Assembly (NCBI GenBank): GCA_951406725.2
Contig: OX597838.1
Coordinates: 12,834,001-12,898,000, forward strand
DNA length: 64,000 nucleotides
Source: Octopus vulgaris
Lineage: Eukaryota
Reading direction: 5' to 3'
Part shown: piece by piece, positions 63,142-64,000 of the stretch
How positions within the stretch are numbered: position 1 is the first letter of the stretch
How the letters are laid out: every line of letters begins with the position of its first letter
Position numbers and translations under genes: made by a program
The notes under the pieces: model-generated
Told to the model about the DNA's origin: nothing
Databases searched by the model: none
The model's input: the letters and a program-made list of their open reading frames with translations, nothing else

Positions 63142-63532
63142 GTTTAGCGTCCGCTTTCCATGCTAGCATGGGTTGGACGGTTCAACTGGGGTCTGGGAAG
63201 CCAGAAGGCTGCACCAGGCTCCAGTCTGATCTGGCAATGTTTCTACGGCTGGATGCCCTTCCAAACGCCAACCACTTGTGAGTGTAGTGGGTGCTTTTTA
63301 CGTGCCACCGGCACAGGTGCCAGACGAAGCTGGCAAACGGCCACGATCGGATGGTGCTTTTTACGTGCCACCAGCATGAGGCCAGTCGGGGTGGCGCTGG
63401 CAACGGCCACGTTCGGATGGTTCTCTTACGTTCCACCGGCACTGGTATCACAGCTGCAATTTCCATTGATGTTGATCGATGTCGATTCTCACTTGCCTCA
63501 ACAGGTCTTCACAAGTAGAGTTTTGTGTCCCC
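63101..63532 (-). mobile_element. RTE LINE 3' end copy (long)
   Basis: Extends to cacttgcctcaacaggtcttcacaagtagagttt, also present at 12039-12072 next to the RTE ORF. Confidence 0.8.
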
Positions 63533-63745
63533 GCAATTAAATTAGATAAATAGATAGATAGATATGTTTCTTTATTGGCCACACAGGGCTGAACACAGAG
63601 GGGACAAAATACAAAGTAGAGCTTTTCTTTTTGGGAAGAAGAAAAAAAAAGGGTGGGGGGTAAGAGAAGGGGTATCCACCTTCCTATTCAACATTCTTTC
63701 CTTTATTTAATTTTTTTTTTCCTTCACCATTGTATTGGAATGGGT

Positions 63746-63958
63746 TTAACCCTTTCATTACCATATTTATTTTGAGATGCTCTGTGTTTCTTTCAATTAT
63801 TTTAAATATAACAAAGAATTTAGTAAAATAACTTAGTTACCATTAAGCTAATGTTAGGAACATAAATTGCAACTAAGGTTTGGTGGAAGATTTTAATTCA
63901 AAACTTAAGAAAACAAGACATTTGTACTACAGAGCCAGGTTGGTAACGAAAGGGTTAA
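63746..63958. mobile_element. piggyBac-type MITE
   Basis: TTAA-ccctttcattac...gtaacgaaaggg-TTAA. Confidence 0.85.
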
Positions 63959-64000
63959 GGATTGACCTCTTAAAAAAAAAAAACAGGTGTCTTTTTGCTT

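Overview
AT-rich, repeat-dense animal genomic DNA. The SINE/LINE repertoire and (TA)n/(CA)n/(CAT)n microsatellites suggest an Octopus (coleoid cephalopod) genome; this is inference. Four protein-coding genes can be supported. (1) The first coding exon of PHF12 (minus, 9207-9254; remaining exons not found in the window). (2) DNAJC24/DPH4 with an uninterrupted CDS (minus, 21067-21489). (3) A complete 7-exon RPAIN (plus, 25021-36678, 238 aa). (4) Exons 1-11 of lysosomal beta-glucuronidase GUSB (plus, 42338-62564; last exon not seen). Most ORF-track entries are microsatellite or TE noise. Mobile DNA includes three tRNA-headed SINE families, many 5'-truncated RTE LINE ends, a broken CR1-type RT, RLE-type LINE fragments, a decayed Rep/Hel Helitron, an intact 400-bp non-autonomous Helitron, piggyBac-type (TTAA) MITEs, GGATC-ended MITEs with 8-bp TSDs and Tc1/mariner remnants. 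Two observations stand out. First, six hammerhead-ribozyme-shaped motifs in short dispersed repeats, including a family whose core reads GUGAACA (compensatory G3-C8 swap) and a tandem pair downstream of DNAJC24. Second, a SINE that occurs as head-to-tail ~184-bp concatemers with the same junction at three loci, one bounded by a 12-bp target-site duplication.
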